DNA of 64,000 nucleotides, taken from positions 1,358 through 65,357 of the forward strand of contig CAIYFP010000462.1 in NCBI GenBank assembly GCA_903925515.1, read 5' to 3'. This stretch comes from an uncultured Verrucomicrobiota bacterium. Its GTDB lineage: Bacteria > Verrucomicrobiota > Verrucomicrobiia > Limisphaerales > UBA9464. Positions 29,381-39,004 of this stretch are shown piece by piece (the stretch's first letter is position 1; every line of letters starts with the position of its first letter). Made by a program: the position numbers and the translations under genes. The notes below the pieces were generated by a model, which was given only the letters and a program-made list of their open reading frames with translations, had not been told where the DNA came from and searched no databases.

Positions 29381-29474
29381 GCTTGCCCTGCCAGCCCGGG
29401 CCTCGTGTCAGTCACGGCTCGCATTTCGCGCCCTGCCCGGTCACAACATCCACGTGCACCTCTCCGTCCATGGC

Positions 29475-31928
29475 ATGGTCCGTTCCGCGGCATTCGTCGC
29501 GATGGCCTTGCTTGGGGTGGTCATGACGGCCCTTGCCCAGTCCACGACCACGCATTGGGCGTACCGGCCGATTGATTCCCGGGCCGCCGACATCCCGACC
29601 TCCGGCTGGATTGACGCGCAGTTGGACGCCGCCGCCCGAGCCCATGGCGTCGAGCCCTCCGGCCAAGCCGAGCCCGCCACCCTGTGTCGCAGGCTTCATC
29701 TGGTCCTCACGGGCTTGCAGCCCACGCCCGCGCAACTCGCCCGGTTCATGTCGCTGCCGGCCGCGTCCCGGGTTGAGTCCACGGTGGATGCCCTCCTTGC
29801 CACGCCGGCCTTTGGCGAGCATTGGGGACGTCACTGGCTCGACGTCGTCCGCTACGCCGACTCCGTGACCCTGCGTGGATTCGTGTTCCGCGAGGCATGG
29901 CGTTACCGCGACTACGTGGTGGATGCCTTCAATGCGGACAAGCCGTTCGCCGACTTCGTGCGGGAACAGGTCGCCGGCGATCTCCTGCCCGCGCCCGCCG
30001 TCGAGGACGCCCGGCGCAACCGTGTCGCGACCACGTTCTGGGCCTTGGGCGACACCAATCTTGAGGAGCAGGACAAGAACCAGCTCGAGTTGGACGTCAT
30101 CGACGAGCAGCTGGAGGTCATGGGCAAGGCGTTCCTTGCTCAGACGCTTTCCTGTGCCCGTTGCCACGACCACAAGTTCGATCCCATTTCCACGCGCGAC
30201 TACCACGCCATGGCCGGGATCCTCGCGGGCACGCGACTTCTCAGGCATGCCAACGTCTCCGAATGGATCGAGACCCCGTTGCCGCTTGAGCCTGCGGAAG
30301 AATCACGATGGAAGGCCGCCGAGGAACGGCTTGCCCGTCTCGAGGCCGAGCTCAAGTCCCTCAAGTCCCTTGCTGAATCCGCCGTCGCCACTGCCACCCT
30401 GTCCGCCTTGGATGGCATCGTGGTGGACGACGAAGCGGCCCGGTTGGTCGGGGACTGGACCTCCTCCACCGCCAACCGTCCCTTTGTTGGCAAGGGCTAC
30501 CGGCACGACGGCAACGAAGGCAAGGGCCGCAAGACAGCCACCTTCCACCCCACCATCCCGCGCCCGGGCGAGTACGAGGTACGCGTGGCCCATGTCCCGG
30601 GTGGCAACCGTGCCGCCCGCGTGCCCGTCACCGTGTTCTCCGCCGACGGCGAGCGCGTGTTCCACGTCGATCAACGCCAGCGACCGAGTGTCGGCGGCCG
30701 CTTCGTTTCCTTGGGGCGCGCCCGATTCGAGAAGGACGGTGCCGGGTTCGTCATGGTCTCGAACGACGGCACGGACGGGCACGTGATCCTTGACGCCGTC
30801 CAATTCATCCCGGTCCCTCCTGCTGACGGGGGGACTTTGTCGGTTGAAGCAACGGCCGGCCCGGAACCCCGGCAGCCCGCGACGTCCGCCCCCGATCTTG
30901 GCCGCGTGCGTGTCCTCGAACAGGCCGTCGCCGAGGCCCGGGTCGCCGCGCGTCGTCCGCATGTCATGGCTCCGGTGGAGTCGGGCGGCACCAACCTGCC
31001 GGTCTTGCGACGTGGTTCATGGCGAAACCCCGGCGAGGTGGTGCCTCGCGGGATGTTGAGGACCGCGTTCCGCGCGTCCGCGCCCGAGCCATCGGGAACG
31101 TCCAGCGGCCGGGCCGAGCTCGCAGGGTGGCTCGTGGCCCATGACCAGCCTCTCTCGTGGCGAGTCCATGTGAACCGTGCATGGCATTGGACCTTTGGGC
31201 GCGGGCTCGTGGCGTCCGTGGACAACCTTGGCACGACGGGCGACGCGCCCACGCATCCGGCGCTGCTGGACGCGCTTGCGGCCGGGTTCCGCAACGGCGG
31301 CGGCTCGACGAAGCGGCTTGTCCGTGCGCTCGTCCTCACGCGGGCGTTCCAGAGGGCCTCGTCGATGGCGGACCCGGCGGTTGCGCGGTCGCGTTCCATG
31401 GACCCCGCGAACCGATGGCATGGGCGCTTCCGTGTGCGCCCGGCCGAGGCGGAGGTGCTGCGCGACTCGATGTTGCTGGCGGGGGACGGGCTGCTGCACG
31501 AGGGCCGCGGCGAGGCGCCGTTCCCGCCGGGAATTGCCGCCGACTACGGCCATGTGGTGGATCGACCCGTGCGAAGCCTGCGCCTGCCCCAGTTCCGCAA
31601 TGCGCGCCCCGACTTCCTCGTGGCATTCGACGGCGCGGACCCGTGCCGTGTGATGGGGGCGCGCGAGGCATCGACGGTGGCGCCGCAGGCGCTGTTCCTG
31701 CTGAACCATGCCATGGTACGCGACCATGCGGCGCGCGCCGCGGCCCGCGTGGCGGCGGCGGACGACGCCGTGGGCGCCTTGTGGGTGCGAATCCTTGGTC
31801 GGGGGCCGTCTGAGGGCGAACGGCGGGCGGCGGATCAACACCTTGCTGGCGGGGCCAACCGGACGGAGTCCATGGCGGAGCTGGCCCACGCGTTGCTTGC
31901 ATCGATCGACTTCAGGCGAATCCCATGA
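29475..31928 (+). CDS. DUF1549 + DUF1553 (PSD1-type) protein with inserted beta-sandwich-like domain
   Basis: Signal MVRSAAFVAMALLGVVMTALAQS. DUF1549 pattern (LCRRLHLVLTGLQPTPAQLARF, FGEHWGRHWLDVVRYADS). DUF1553 pattern (CARCHDHKFDPISTRDY...). No CxxCH motif seen. Confidence 0.85.
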   Translation: MVRSAAFVAMALLGVVMTALAQSTTTHWAYRPIDSRAADIPTSGWIDAQLDAAARAHGVEPSGQAEPATLCRRLHLVLTGLQPTPAQLARFMSLPAASRVESTVDALLATPAFGEHWGRHWLDVVRYADSVTLRGFVFREAWRYRDYVVDAFNADKPFADFVREQVAGDLLPAPAVEDARRNRVATTFWALGDTNLEEQDKNQLELDVIDEQLEVMGKAFLAQTLSCARCHDHKFDPISTRDYHAMAGILAGTRLLRHANVSEWIETPLPLEPAEESRWKAAEERLARLEAELKSLKSLAESAVATATLSALDGIVVDDEAARLVGDWTSSTANRPFVGKGYRHDGNEGKGRKTATFHPTIPRPGEYEVRVAHVPGGNRAARVPVTVFSADGERVFHVDQRQRPSVGGRFVSLGRARFEKDGAGFVMVSNDGTDGHVILDAVQFIPVPPADGGTLSVEATAGPEPRQPATSAPDLGRVRVLEQAVAEARVAARRPHVMAPVESGGTNLPVLRRGSWRNPGEVVPRGMLRTAFRASAPEPSGTSSGRAELAGWLVAHDQPLSWRVHVNRAWHWTFGRGLVASVDNLGTTGDAPTHPALLDALAAGFRNGGGSTKRLVRALVLTRAFQRASSMADPAVARSRSMDPANRWHGRFRVRPAEAEVLRDSMLLAGDGLLHEGRGEAPFPPGIAADYGHVVDRPVRSLRLPQFRNARPDFLVAFDGADPCRVMGAREASTVAPQALFLLNHAMVRDHAARAAARVAAADDAVGALWVRILGRGPSEGERRAADQHLAGGANRTESMAELAHALLASIDFRRIP

Positions 31929-33358
31929 ACATCCCGGACGTGCGCGTATCAAGGCGCGAGGCGTTGGCCCGCGTCGGCTGCGGTTTCGGATCGGTGGCCA
32001 TGGCCGCGATGCTCGGCCGCGCGAGGGCGGGGGACACTCGCTCGTCCTTGGCGGCCATGGCTCCGCCGGCGCGGGCGCGAGCGCGGCGGGTGATCTTCCT
32101 GTTCATGCAGGGCGGCCCGAGCCACGTGGACACGTTCGATCCCAAGCCGGCGCTGGCGCGGCATGACGGGCAGACGATGCCCTTCGACGACGCCCGGACG
32201 ATGGCCAACACGGGCGCAAGGGGCACGGGCCAGCGGGTCATGAAGTCGCCGTGGGCGTTCTCAAGGCATGGGGAGTCGGGGCGTTGGGTGAGCGAGTTGT
32301 TCCCGCACACGGCGAGGCGCATCGACGACCTTTGCCTGCTGCAGGGGATGCACACCGAGGGCGTCGCGCATGGTCCGGCCACGTTGTTCCTCCATTGCGG
32401 CTCCACGAACTTCGTGCGGCCGAGCATCGGCGCATGGGTCAGCTACGGACTGGGAACCGAGAACGACAACCTGCCCGCATTCGTCACGTTGTCGCCAAGC
32501 CTCGGGAACGGTGGCGCGCGAAACTGGGGCCATGCGTTCCTGCCGCCCGTGCACCAAGGGACGCCCTTCGGCTTCGCAGGGCAGGGGCCCGATTCCATGC
32601 GCCTTCGCTGGCTCCCGGGGGAGGGAGCCGACACGGCCATGGGCCGTCGGCGGTTCGACCTTGCCCGGCGCATCCATGAGGAGCAGGCCCGGATGTCGCC
32701 GGGCGACGCGGAGGCCGACGCGGTCATCGAGTCCTTCGAGCGTGCGTGGCGGATGCAATCGCATGCGCCGGCGATCCTCGACCATGGGTCGGAGACGGCC
32801 GAGACCCGGGCCTTGTACGGGATAGGCGAGGGGCCGACCGACGAGTTCGGGAGGCAATGCCTTGCGGCGAGGAGGCTATGCGAGGCCGGCGTGCGGTTCG
32901 TGCAGGTGACGTACGGGGACAACACTGCCAACCCGCGATGGGACCAGCACTCGGACCTGCCGCGCCATGCCGTGCATGCGCGCGCGACGGACAAGCCTGT
33001 GGCCGGGCTCCTTGCGGACCTCCGGCGGCGCGGACTGCTGGACGACACCGTGGTGTGGTGGGGCGCCGAGTTCGGGCGCACGCCCTACGCGGAGAAGAAC
33101 GGGACGGGGCGTGACCACAACCCGGGCGGGTTCACCACATGGTTGGCCGGGGGCGGCGTCCGTGCGGGCTACACGCACGGGGCGACGGACGAGCTGGGGC
33201 ACCTTGCCGTGGAGGGGCGCACCCACATGCACGACCTGCACGCGACGCTGCTGCACCTGCTGGGCATCGACCATGAGCGCCTGACGTTTCGCCATGACGG
33301 GCGCGATCACCGGCTCACGGATGTCCGCGGCGAGGTGATCCGCGCCGTGCTCGCGTGA
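31925..33358 (+). CDS. DUF1501 (sulfatase-like) protein, Tat-type signal
   Basis: The ATG overlaps the upstream stop (ATGA at 31925-31928). SRREALARVGCGFGSVAMAAML; VIFLFMQGGPSHVDTFDPKP; GRDHNPGGFT. Confidence 0.85.
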   Translation: MNIPDVRVSRREALARVGCGFGSVAMAAMLGRARAGDTRSSLAAMAPPARARARRVIFLFMQGGPSHVDTFDPKPALARHDGQTMPFDDARTMANTGARGTGQRVMKSPWAFSRHGESGRWVSELFPHTARRIDDLCLLQGMHTEGVAHGPATLFLHCGSTNFVRPSIGAWVSYGLGTENDNLPAFVTLSPSLGNGGARNWGHAFLPPVHQGTPFGFAGQGPDSMRLRWLPGEGADTAMGRRRFDLARRIHEEQARMSPGDAEADAVIESFERAWRMQSHAPAILDHGSETAETRALYGIGEGPTDEFGRQCLAARRLCEAGVRFVQVTYGDNTANPRWDQHSDLPRHAVHARATDKPVAGLLADLRRRGLLDDTVVWWGAEFGRTPYAEKNGTGRDHNPGGFTTWLAGGGVRAGYTHGATDELGHLAVEGRTHMHDLHATLLHLLGIDHERLTFRHDGRDHRLTDVRGEVIRAVLA

Positions 33359-33392
33359 GACGGCGTCCACGGCCCCTCGGCCGTCCCCGGGT

Positions 33393-34820
33393 TCATGCCT
33401 TGAGGATGCCCCGGACCACGGAGCCCTTCACGTCCGTGAGCCGGTGGTCGCGCCCGCCGTAGCGATACGTGAGGCGCTCATGGTCCAGCCCGAGGCAATG
33501 GAGCATCGTCGCATGCAGGTCATGGACATGGACGGGGTTCTCGACGGCCTGCATGCCGAGGTCGTCGGTTGCGCCGTACGCGAAGCCCGCCGAGACGCCG
33601 CCGCCGGCCATCCAGAACGTGAACCCCTTGGCGTTGTGGTCGCGCCCGTCGCCGCGGCGACTGTCCGGGGTTCGACCAAACTCCCCGCCCCAAACCACGA
33701 GGGTCTCGTCGAGCATGCCCCGGGAGGCGAGGTCCGAGAGCAGGGCGGCGATGGGTTGGTCGATGGCATGGGCGTTGCGGCGGAGGGAGGACTCGAGGTT
33801 CTGGTGCTGGTCCCAGCCGCCATGGTTCAGCTCGACGAATCGCACGCCGGCCTCGGCCATGCGCCGCGCGAGGAGGCATTGGCGCCCGAAGTTGTCCGTG
33901 TCCGCGGCGCCGACGCCGTACCGAGCGAGCGTGTCGGCGGACTCGCCGGAGAGGTCCAGCAGTTCGGGCGCCTCGGCCTGCATGCGGAAGGCCAGCTCGA
34001 ACGACTGGATCACCCCCTCCACCTCGGGGTGGCCATCGGTGGCGTGGAGGAACTCGCGGTTCATCTGCTGGACCATGTCCAGTTGACGTGCCTGCTGGCG
34101 GGGATTGAGCACCGGGTTGCGCACGTTGCCCAGAGCCGTCGCGACATTCCCGTCGCGCGTGGAGCCGATCCGGGTCCCCTGATACACGGCCGGCAGGAAC
34201 GCGCTCCCGTGGTTTTGCGCGCCGAACTGCCGGGGTGGCGACAAGGTGACGAAGCCCGGCAGGTTCTCGTTCTCCGTCCCGAGCCCGTATAGCACCCATG
34301 CGCCCATGGACGGCCGAACGAACCGCGCGCTCCCGGTGTGGAGCTGGATGAACGCCTGCGGGTGGTTGGGGATGTCCGTGTGCATCGATCGGACCATGCA
34401 AAGGTGGTCCGCGTGCGCCGACAACCGGGGCATCAGCTCCGAAATCCAGAGCCCGCTCGCCCCGTGCTGTCGGAATGCAAACGGCGAGCCCACCAGCTTG
34501 TTGCCCGAGCCGCGCGCGCCGCCCGCTTGCCCATGTTCCCGTTGCAGGCGCGGCTTCGGGTCGAAGAGGTCGAGCTGGGACGGCCCGCCCTGCATGCAGA
34601 GGAAAATGACGCGGCGTGCACGCGGCGCGAAATGGGGCGCTCGCCGTCGCAGGGGGGCGCCGGCGTCGGCCATGGACGCCCGCGAGCCACCCGTCCCGGA
34701 TGCGGCCGCCGCGAGCCCGCCGAAGGCCATCCAGCCGAAGCCGGCGGCGGCGGTTTGAAGGAGGCGCCGCCGGGTCAGCGGACGTGGTTGGATGCCATGG
34801 CACTCGAAGGGGGCGTTCAT
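33393..34820 (-). CDS. DUF1501 (sulfatase-like) protein, Tat-type signal (paralogue)
   Basis: ATG at 34820 (MNAPFECHGIQPRPLTRRRLLQTAAAGFGWMAFGG) lies 20 nt after the upstream stop. VIFLCMQGGPSQLDLFDPKP; GRDHNAKGFT. The 684-aa track ORF is over-extended at the 5' end. Confidence 0.85.
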   Translation of the reverse strand: MNAPFECHGIQPRPLTRRRLLQTAAAGFGWMAFGGLAAAASGTGGSRASMADAGAPLRRRAPHFAPRARRVIFLCMQGGPSQLDLFDPKPRLQREHGQAGGARGSGNKLVGSPFAFRQHGASGLWISELMPRLSAHADHLCMVRSMHTDIPNHPQAFIQLHTGSARFVRPSMGAWVLYGLGTENENLPGFVTLSPPRQFGAQNHGSAFLPAVYQGTRIGSTRDGNVATALGNVRNPVLNPRQQARQLDMVQQMNREFLHATDGHPEVEGVIQSFELAFRMQAEAPELLDLSGESADTLARYGVGAADTDNFGRQCLLARRMAEAGVRFVELNHGGWDQHQNLESSLRRNAHAIDQPIAALLSDLASRGMLDETLVVWGGEFGRTPDSRRGDGRDHNAKGFTFWMAGGGVSAGFAYGATDDLGMQAVENPVHVHDLHATMLHCLGLDHERLTYRYGGRDHRLTDVKGSVVRGILKA

Positions 34821-34840
34821 TGGGAGCAAGGCTTCGGGTT

Positions 34841-36994
34841 TCAACGCAGGTACCGGAACTCCGCGGACGCAAGCAGGGCCTGGGCAAGGGATGTCCACGC
34901 CGTCTCGCCCGCGCGGATTCGGTCCGCCAGCCGGGCGTTGCCCTTGGACGAGTCGGCTGACATCAAGCCCTCCTCGCGTTCCTCCCGGACGAACTCGAGG
35001 GCGCGCCCGAGTTCCCGCGGCGTGGGTTGCCGCCCGAGTGCAAGCCGGTAGGCCAGCGTCACGCGCTCGCGCGGGTCCATCCCGGCCTCGGCCAGCAACC
35101 GCCGCGCCATCCCACGTGCCCAGCCCAGCACCTGCGGGTTGTTCATCAGGTACAGCGCCTGCGCCGGCACGTTCGTCGTGTCGCGCTGCGCCACCACGAG
35201 GCTGGGCTCGGCGAAGTCGAACAATTCGAGCGATTCCGGCACGAACCCGCGCACGACCGGCAGGTAAGCCGACCGCTTCCGAAGCGCCCCCTCGGTCCAT
35301 TCGCCCGCCGGCAGCCGCCGCACCGGACCCTCGCCCATGCTCGACACGGGCGATCCCACGGGAGGGGCCATGTCCAGCATGCCGCTCACGGACAGCATCG
35401 CGTCCCGCAGCGACTCGGCATCGAGACGGCGCGGCTCGTGCCGCCAACGGAGCGTGTTGCCGGGGTCCACCTCGTGCGCGACGGGGTCAAGGGTGGAAGC
35501 AAGGCCATAGGCACGGCTCAGGACGATCTCGCGGACCAGTCCCTTGAGGGACCAGCCTCCCGATTGGAGCCGAAGGGCGAGGTAATCCAGAAGTGCGGGG
35601 TTGGACGGGCGCTCGCCGTTGAACCCGAAGTCGTCCGGCGTGCGGACGATGCCGACGCCCATCAGGTGCATCCATGCGCGGTTCGCGGCCACGCGCGCCG
35701 TCAGCGGGTTCTCGGGACGGGTCAGCCACTGGGCCAGTTGCAGCCTTCCGCTGGCTCCCGCCGGGATCGCGATGGGTTCACCCCCGTCGAGCGCGGGCAC
35801 GAACCCCCGCGGCACCCGCCCCGACTTCTGGCTGACCTCGCCCCGAGCAAGGAACGGGCTGTCATGGGGAATCCCCTCGCGCACCCCCATTGCGTGCGGG
35901 ACATCCGTCTGGGGTGAAGCGGGCAGGGGCCGCTCCGGGTCCATGCCCCCGTTGGCACCCGCGCGACGGGCGGCGCGTCGTGCGGCCAGCGGGCCCGCCT
36001 GTCGCCCCATGGGACCGGGGTCCTTGGCGGGCAGGAGGTCCTCGCGTTCCGTGCCCTGGCCCAGCGCGAGCAAGGCCGAGGGTTGGCGGTTCCCCCGGTC
36101 GTTGGGGGTCCCGTAGAGCGTCTGGGTGCTCCGGAAGATCCCCGCCAGCGCGTAGTAGTCGCGCTGGCTGACCGGGTCGAACTTGTGGTCATGGCACCTC
36201 GCGCAGGCCACCGAGACGCCCATCACCGCCCGCGTCGTCACGTCGATCTGCTCGTCCACGACGTCCATTACGAACTGTTCTCGCCGACGCTCGTTGAGCC
36301 CCTTGGGACCCACCGCAAGGAAGCCCGTCGCGACAAGGTTGGCGTCGCGTTCCTTCTCGTCGGACGCTGGCAACAGGTCGCCGGCCACCTGCTTCCGCAC
36401 GAATTCGTCGTACGGCATGCCCGACGCCACGGCTTCGATCACCCAGTCCCGGTAACGCCATGCTTCCGGGAACGCGTAGTTGCGTTCCTTGCCGGTGCTT
36501 TCCGCATACCGCGCCACGTCGAGCCAATGCCGTCCCCATCGCTCGCCAAACGCACGCGACGCGAGCATCGAGTCCACGAGCCCGGCGAGCGCCGCATGCG
36601 ACGGCGCGGCGGCGTAGGCCTCGACCATGGCCGGCGATGGGGGCAGGCCGGTCAGGTCGAACGCGACCCGACGGACTAGCGTGCGCGGGTCGGCGTCCCC
36701 CACGGGTTGCAATCCCTTGTCCTCAAGCGCCGCGAGAATGAACCGGTCGATGTCGGACCGCGGCCATGCTTCGTCCCGCACGGACGGGACGGACGGGCCA
36801 CGCGGGACCTGGAACGCCCAAAAAGCCCGGGCCTCGGGATCGTTCGCACGCGGGCCACGTTGCGGGACGCCCGCCGGGGCCAGTGGTGCCGGCGCGACGG
36901 ATGCTTCCCGGGCAAGGCCCATGTCACCCCATGCGCAAGCCCACCCCGTTGCCGCGACCGTCGCGATCTCAAGAAGACGTCCCATCCCGATCAA
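34841..36994 (-). CDS. DUF1549 + DUF1553 (PSD1-type) protein (paralogue)
   Basis: RRVAFDLTGLPPSPAMVEAY, FGERWGRHWLDVARYAEST, CARCHDHKFDPVSQRDYYALAGIF. Confidence 0.85.
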   Translation of the reverse strand: MIGMGRLLEIATVAATGWACAWGDMGLAREASVAPAPLAPAGVPQRGPRANDPEARAFWAFQVPRGPSVPSVRDEAWPRSDIDRFILAALEDKGLQPVGDADPRTLVRRVAFDLTGLPPSPAMVEAYAAAPSHAALAGLVDSMLASRAFGERWGRHWLDVARYAESTGKERNYAFPEAWRYRDWVIEAVASGMPYDEFVRKQVAGDLLPASDEKERDANLVATGFLAVGPKGLNERRREQFVMDVVDEQIDVTTRAVMGVSVACARCHDHKFDPVSQRDYYALAGIFRSTQTLYGTPNDRGNRQPSALLALGQGTEREDLLPAKDPGPMGRQAGPLAARRAARRAGANGGMDPERPLPASPQTDVPHAMGVREGIPHDSPFLARGEVSQKSGRVPRGFVPALDGGEPIAIPAGASGRLQLAQWLTRPENPLTARVAANRAWMHLMGVGIVRTPDDFGFNGERPSNPALLDYLALRLQSGGWSLKGLVREIVLSRAYGLASTLDPVAHEVDPGNTLRWRHEPRRLDAESLRDAMLSVSGMLDMAPPVGSPVSSMGEGPVRRLPAGEWTEGALRKRSAYLPVVRGFVPESLELFDFAEPSLVVAQRDTTNVPAQALYLMNNPQVLGWARGMARRLLAEAGMDPRERVTLAYRLALGRQPTPRELGRALEFVREEREEGLMSADSSKGNARLADRIRAGETAWTSLAQALLASAEFRYLR

Positions 36995-37047
36995 CTCGTT
37001 TCACGGATGCTGACACTCCCTTCATGACGGATGGAAGCATCCGGATG

Positions 37048-37449
37048 TTACGACGGCCTTGCCTGGGCCATCCAATGAAGGTGCACGACAAACCACGAGA
37101 AGGGGATCCACTCCCAGAGCGGCGTGGAATGAATGCAGTCGCCAGGCCACTGCGTGAGCGCCGGGTTGGCCCGGCAAAGGGCCTCCCATTCGGCGAGCTT
37201 CCAAAACCCCACCGCCACGACGCACGCATACAGGTACGCAGGGACAAGGCGTCGCCATGGGACGCCCATGTAGGATCTTCCCACGGTGTCGAGGACCCGT
37301 CCAAGCCCCAGCGCGGGTTCGGCAAGGATCGCGAGGCGCGTGTGGACGTGTGTGGCGATGGCGCCATGGAACCAGGTCGCGCGGCTGTCGGGTATCCACA
37401 CCGCAAGCAGCAGCAATGCCATGGCAAGGAAGAACGGGAAGCTGGCCAC
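37048..37449 (-). CDS. hypothetical small membrane protein
   Basis: Only the 3' part of ORF 37048..37683 looks protein-like (hydrophobic helices FPFFLAMALLLLAVW, LVPAYLYACVVAVGFW, WEWIPFSWFVVHL). Candidate starts are GTG 37449 or ATG 37422. It lies upstream of, and on the same strand as, the PSD1/DUF1501 pair. Confidence 0.4.
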   Translation of the reverse strand: MASFPFFLAMALLLLAVWIPDSRATWFHGAIATHVHTRLAILAEPALGLGRVLDTVGRSYMGVPWRRLVPAYLYACVVAVGFWKLAEWEALCRANPALTQWPGDCIHSTPLWEWIPFSWFVVHLHWMAQARPS

Positions 37450-37644
37450 GCGTCCGAGCCATGACCGCGCGCCGTGGCAGGGCTCGCGCAGGGATGCCAA
37501 GACGCCAAGGGGGACACCTCGTCTCCCCTCCGGCAGCGCCGGGTGATGCCGGGAGCGGTGGACTGCAAGACAGCATGGGCGGGGTCGGGGCTGCCCCCCG
37601 GCGCTTCCAACGCCCCCGCTCTTCCGCTTCACTTCGCGCCACGC

Positions 37645-38940
37645 ATGAAGGTCCTTGTCCTCGGCTCCGGCGGACGCGAGCACGCGCTCGTGTGGAAGCT
37701 CGCGCAGTCGCCGTCCGTCTCACGCCTCTGGTGCGCCCCGGGCAATGCCGGGACGGCCATGGAACACGCCGCCTCGGGCGCGCCCGTCGTCAACGTGCCG
37801 GTCGCGTCGGACGACATCCCGGCCTTGCTGGAATTTGCGCGCAGGGAGAAGCCGGACCTCACGGTGGTGGGGCCGGACAATCCCTTGGCACTCGGCGTGG
37901 TGGATCGCTTCATGGAGGCCGGCATGGTCGTCTGGGGCCCCAACCAACGGGCGGCGCAGTTCGAGTCGTCGAAGGCGTTCTCGCAGGACTTCATGGAACG
38001 CCACGGCATCCCCACGGCGCGGGGCGGAACATTCTCGGACGCGGCGGGCGCCATCGCGTTCTGCCGCGAGCTGGGAGGGCGTTGCGCGGTGAAGGCCGAC
38101 GGGCTTGCGCTGGGCAAGGGCGTGCTGCTTTGCCATGACGTCTCGGCCGCCGAGGCCGCCGTCCAAGAGATCCTTGTCCAGCGCACCTTCGGGGGCGCCG
38201 GCTCACGCATTGTCGTGCAGGAGCTGCTCGTCGGCATGGAGATCTCCCTGCATGCGCTCTGCGACGGCAAGGAGGCCTTGCTTTTCCCGACGGCCCAGGA
38301 CCACAAGCGCGCCCTCGACGGCGACCATGGCCTCAACACGGGCGGCATGGGGACCTATTGCCCGACGCCCTTCCTTTCGGAGGCCGGGTTGCACGACGTG
38401 GGCAGGGCCATCCTCGACCCGTGGATCGCGGGCTGTGCCAAGGAGGGGATCGACTTCCGCGGCATCTTGTATCCCGGCGTCATGCTCACGGCGTCGGGCC
38501 CGCGCGTGCTGGAGTTCAACGCCCGCTTCGGCGACCCCGAGGCGCAGGTGTACCTCGCGCGGCTCGAGGACGACCTTGCCGGGCTGTTGTTGGCATCGGC
38601 GCAGGGACGGCTGGCCGGGCGGAAGCTCCGTTGGAAGCCCGGCCCGGCCGTGTGCGTGGTGATGGCTTCGGCGGGGTATCCCGGGTCATCGCCGAAGGGC
38701 CTTCCCATTGACGGGCTGGACGCCGCCGCGCGGATGCCCGGGGTCAAGGTGTTCCATGGGGGCACCGCGCTGCGCGACGGGCAGGTGGTGACGAACGGCG
38801 GGCGCGTCCTCGGCGTGACCGCCACCGGGACCGACATGGCGGACGCCCGCGCCAAGGCCTACGAGGCAGTGCGCGTCATCCGGTTCGAGGGCGCCCAGTG
38901 GCGGACGGACATCGGGAGCAAGGCGTTGGCCGTCGGATAG
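37645..38940 (+). CDS. purD: phosphoribosylamine-glycine ligase
   Basis: MKVLVLGSGGREHALVWKLAQSP at ATG 37645, with an ATP-grasp core. The ORF track start at 37474 is an over-extension. Confidence 0.95.
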   Translation: MKVLVLGSGGREHALVWKLAQSPSVSRLWCAPGNAGTAMEHAASGAPVVNVPVASDDIPALLEFARREKPDLTVVGPDNPLALGVVDRFMEAGMVVWGPNQRAAQFESSKAFSQDFMERHGIPTARGGTFSDAAGAIAFCRELGGRCAVKADGLALGKGVLLCHDVSAAEAAVQEILVQRTFGGAGSRIVVQELLVGMEISLHALCDGKEALLFPTAQDHKRALDGDHGLNTGGMGTYCPTPFLSEAGLHDVGRAILDPWIAGCAKEGIDFRGILYPGVMLTASGPRVLEFNARFGDPEAQVYLARLEDDLAGLLLASAQGRLAGRKLRWKPGPAVCVVMASAGYPGSSPKGLPIDGLDAAARMPGVKVFHGGTALRDGQVVTNGGRVLGVTATGTDMADARAKAYEAVRVIRFEGAQWRTDIGSKALAVG

Positions 38941-39004
38941 GTCCGCCCTCAAGCACGCCCAGCCCGAGGCGGCCGTGGCGGACGGGCTTGATGGCCTCGC
39001 GTGT

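Noticed and set aside
29415-29430. Third sigma-54-like match, cGGCtCGcattTcGCg, 45 nt upstream of the PSD1 gene
   Set aside because: The GG-N10-GC spacing is right, but the flanking consensus positions are poor (no TGGCA, TCGC instead of TTGC). Such matches are expected by chance in GC-rich DNA.
33393-35447. 684-aa version of the minus-strand DUF1501 ORF
   Set aside because: The first ~209 codons overlap the 3' end of the upstream DUF1553 gene and are Arg/Ala/Gly-rich. The ATG at 34820 gives a proper twin-arginine leader, 20 nt after the upstream stop.
36969-37723. Alternative minus-strand ORFs (36969..37610, 37022..37723) and the plus-strand ORF 36766..37464 between the PSD1 gene and purD
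   Set aside because: Their translations are Arg/Pro-rich with no hydrophobic core or motif. Only the 37048 frame yields plausible transmembrane helices, and even that call is low confidence.
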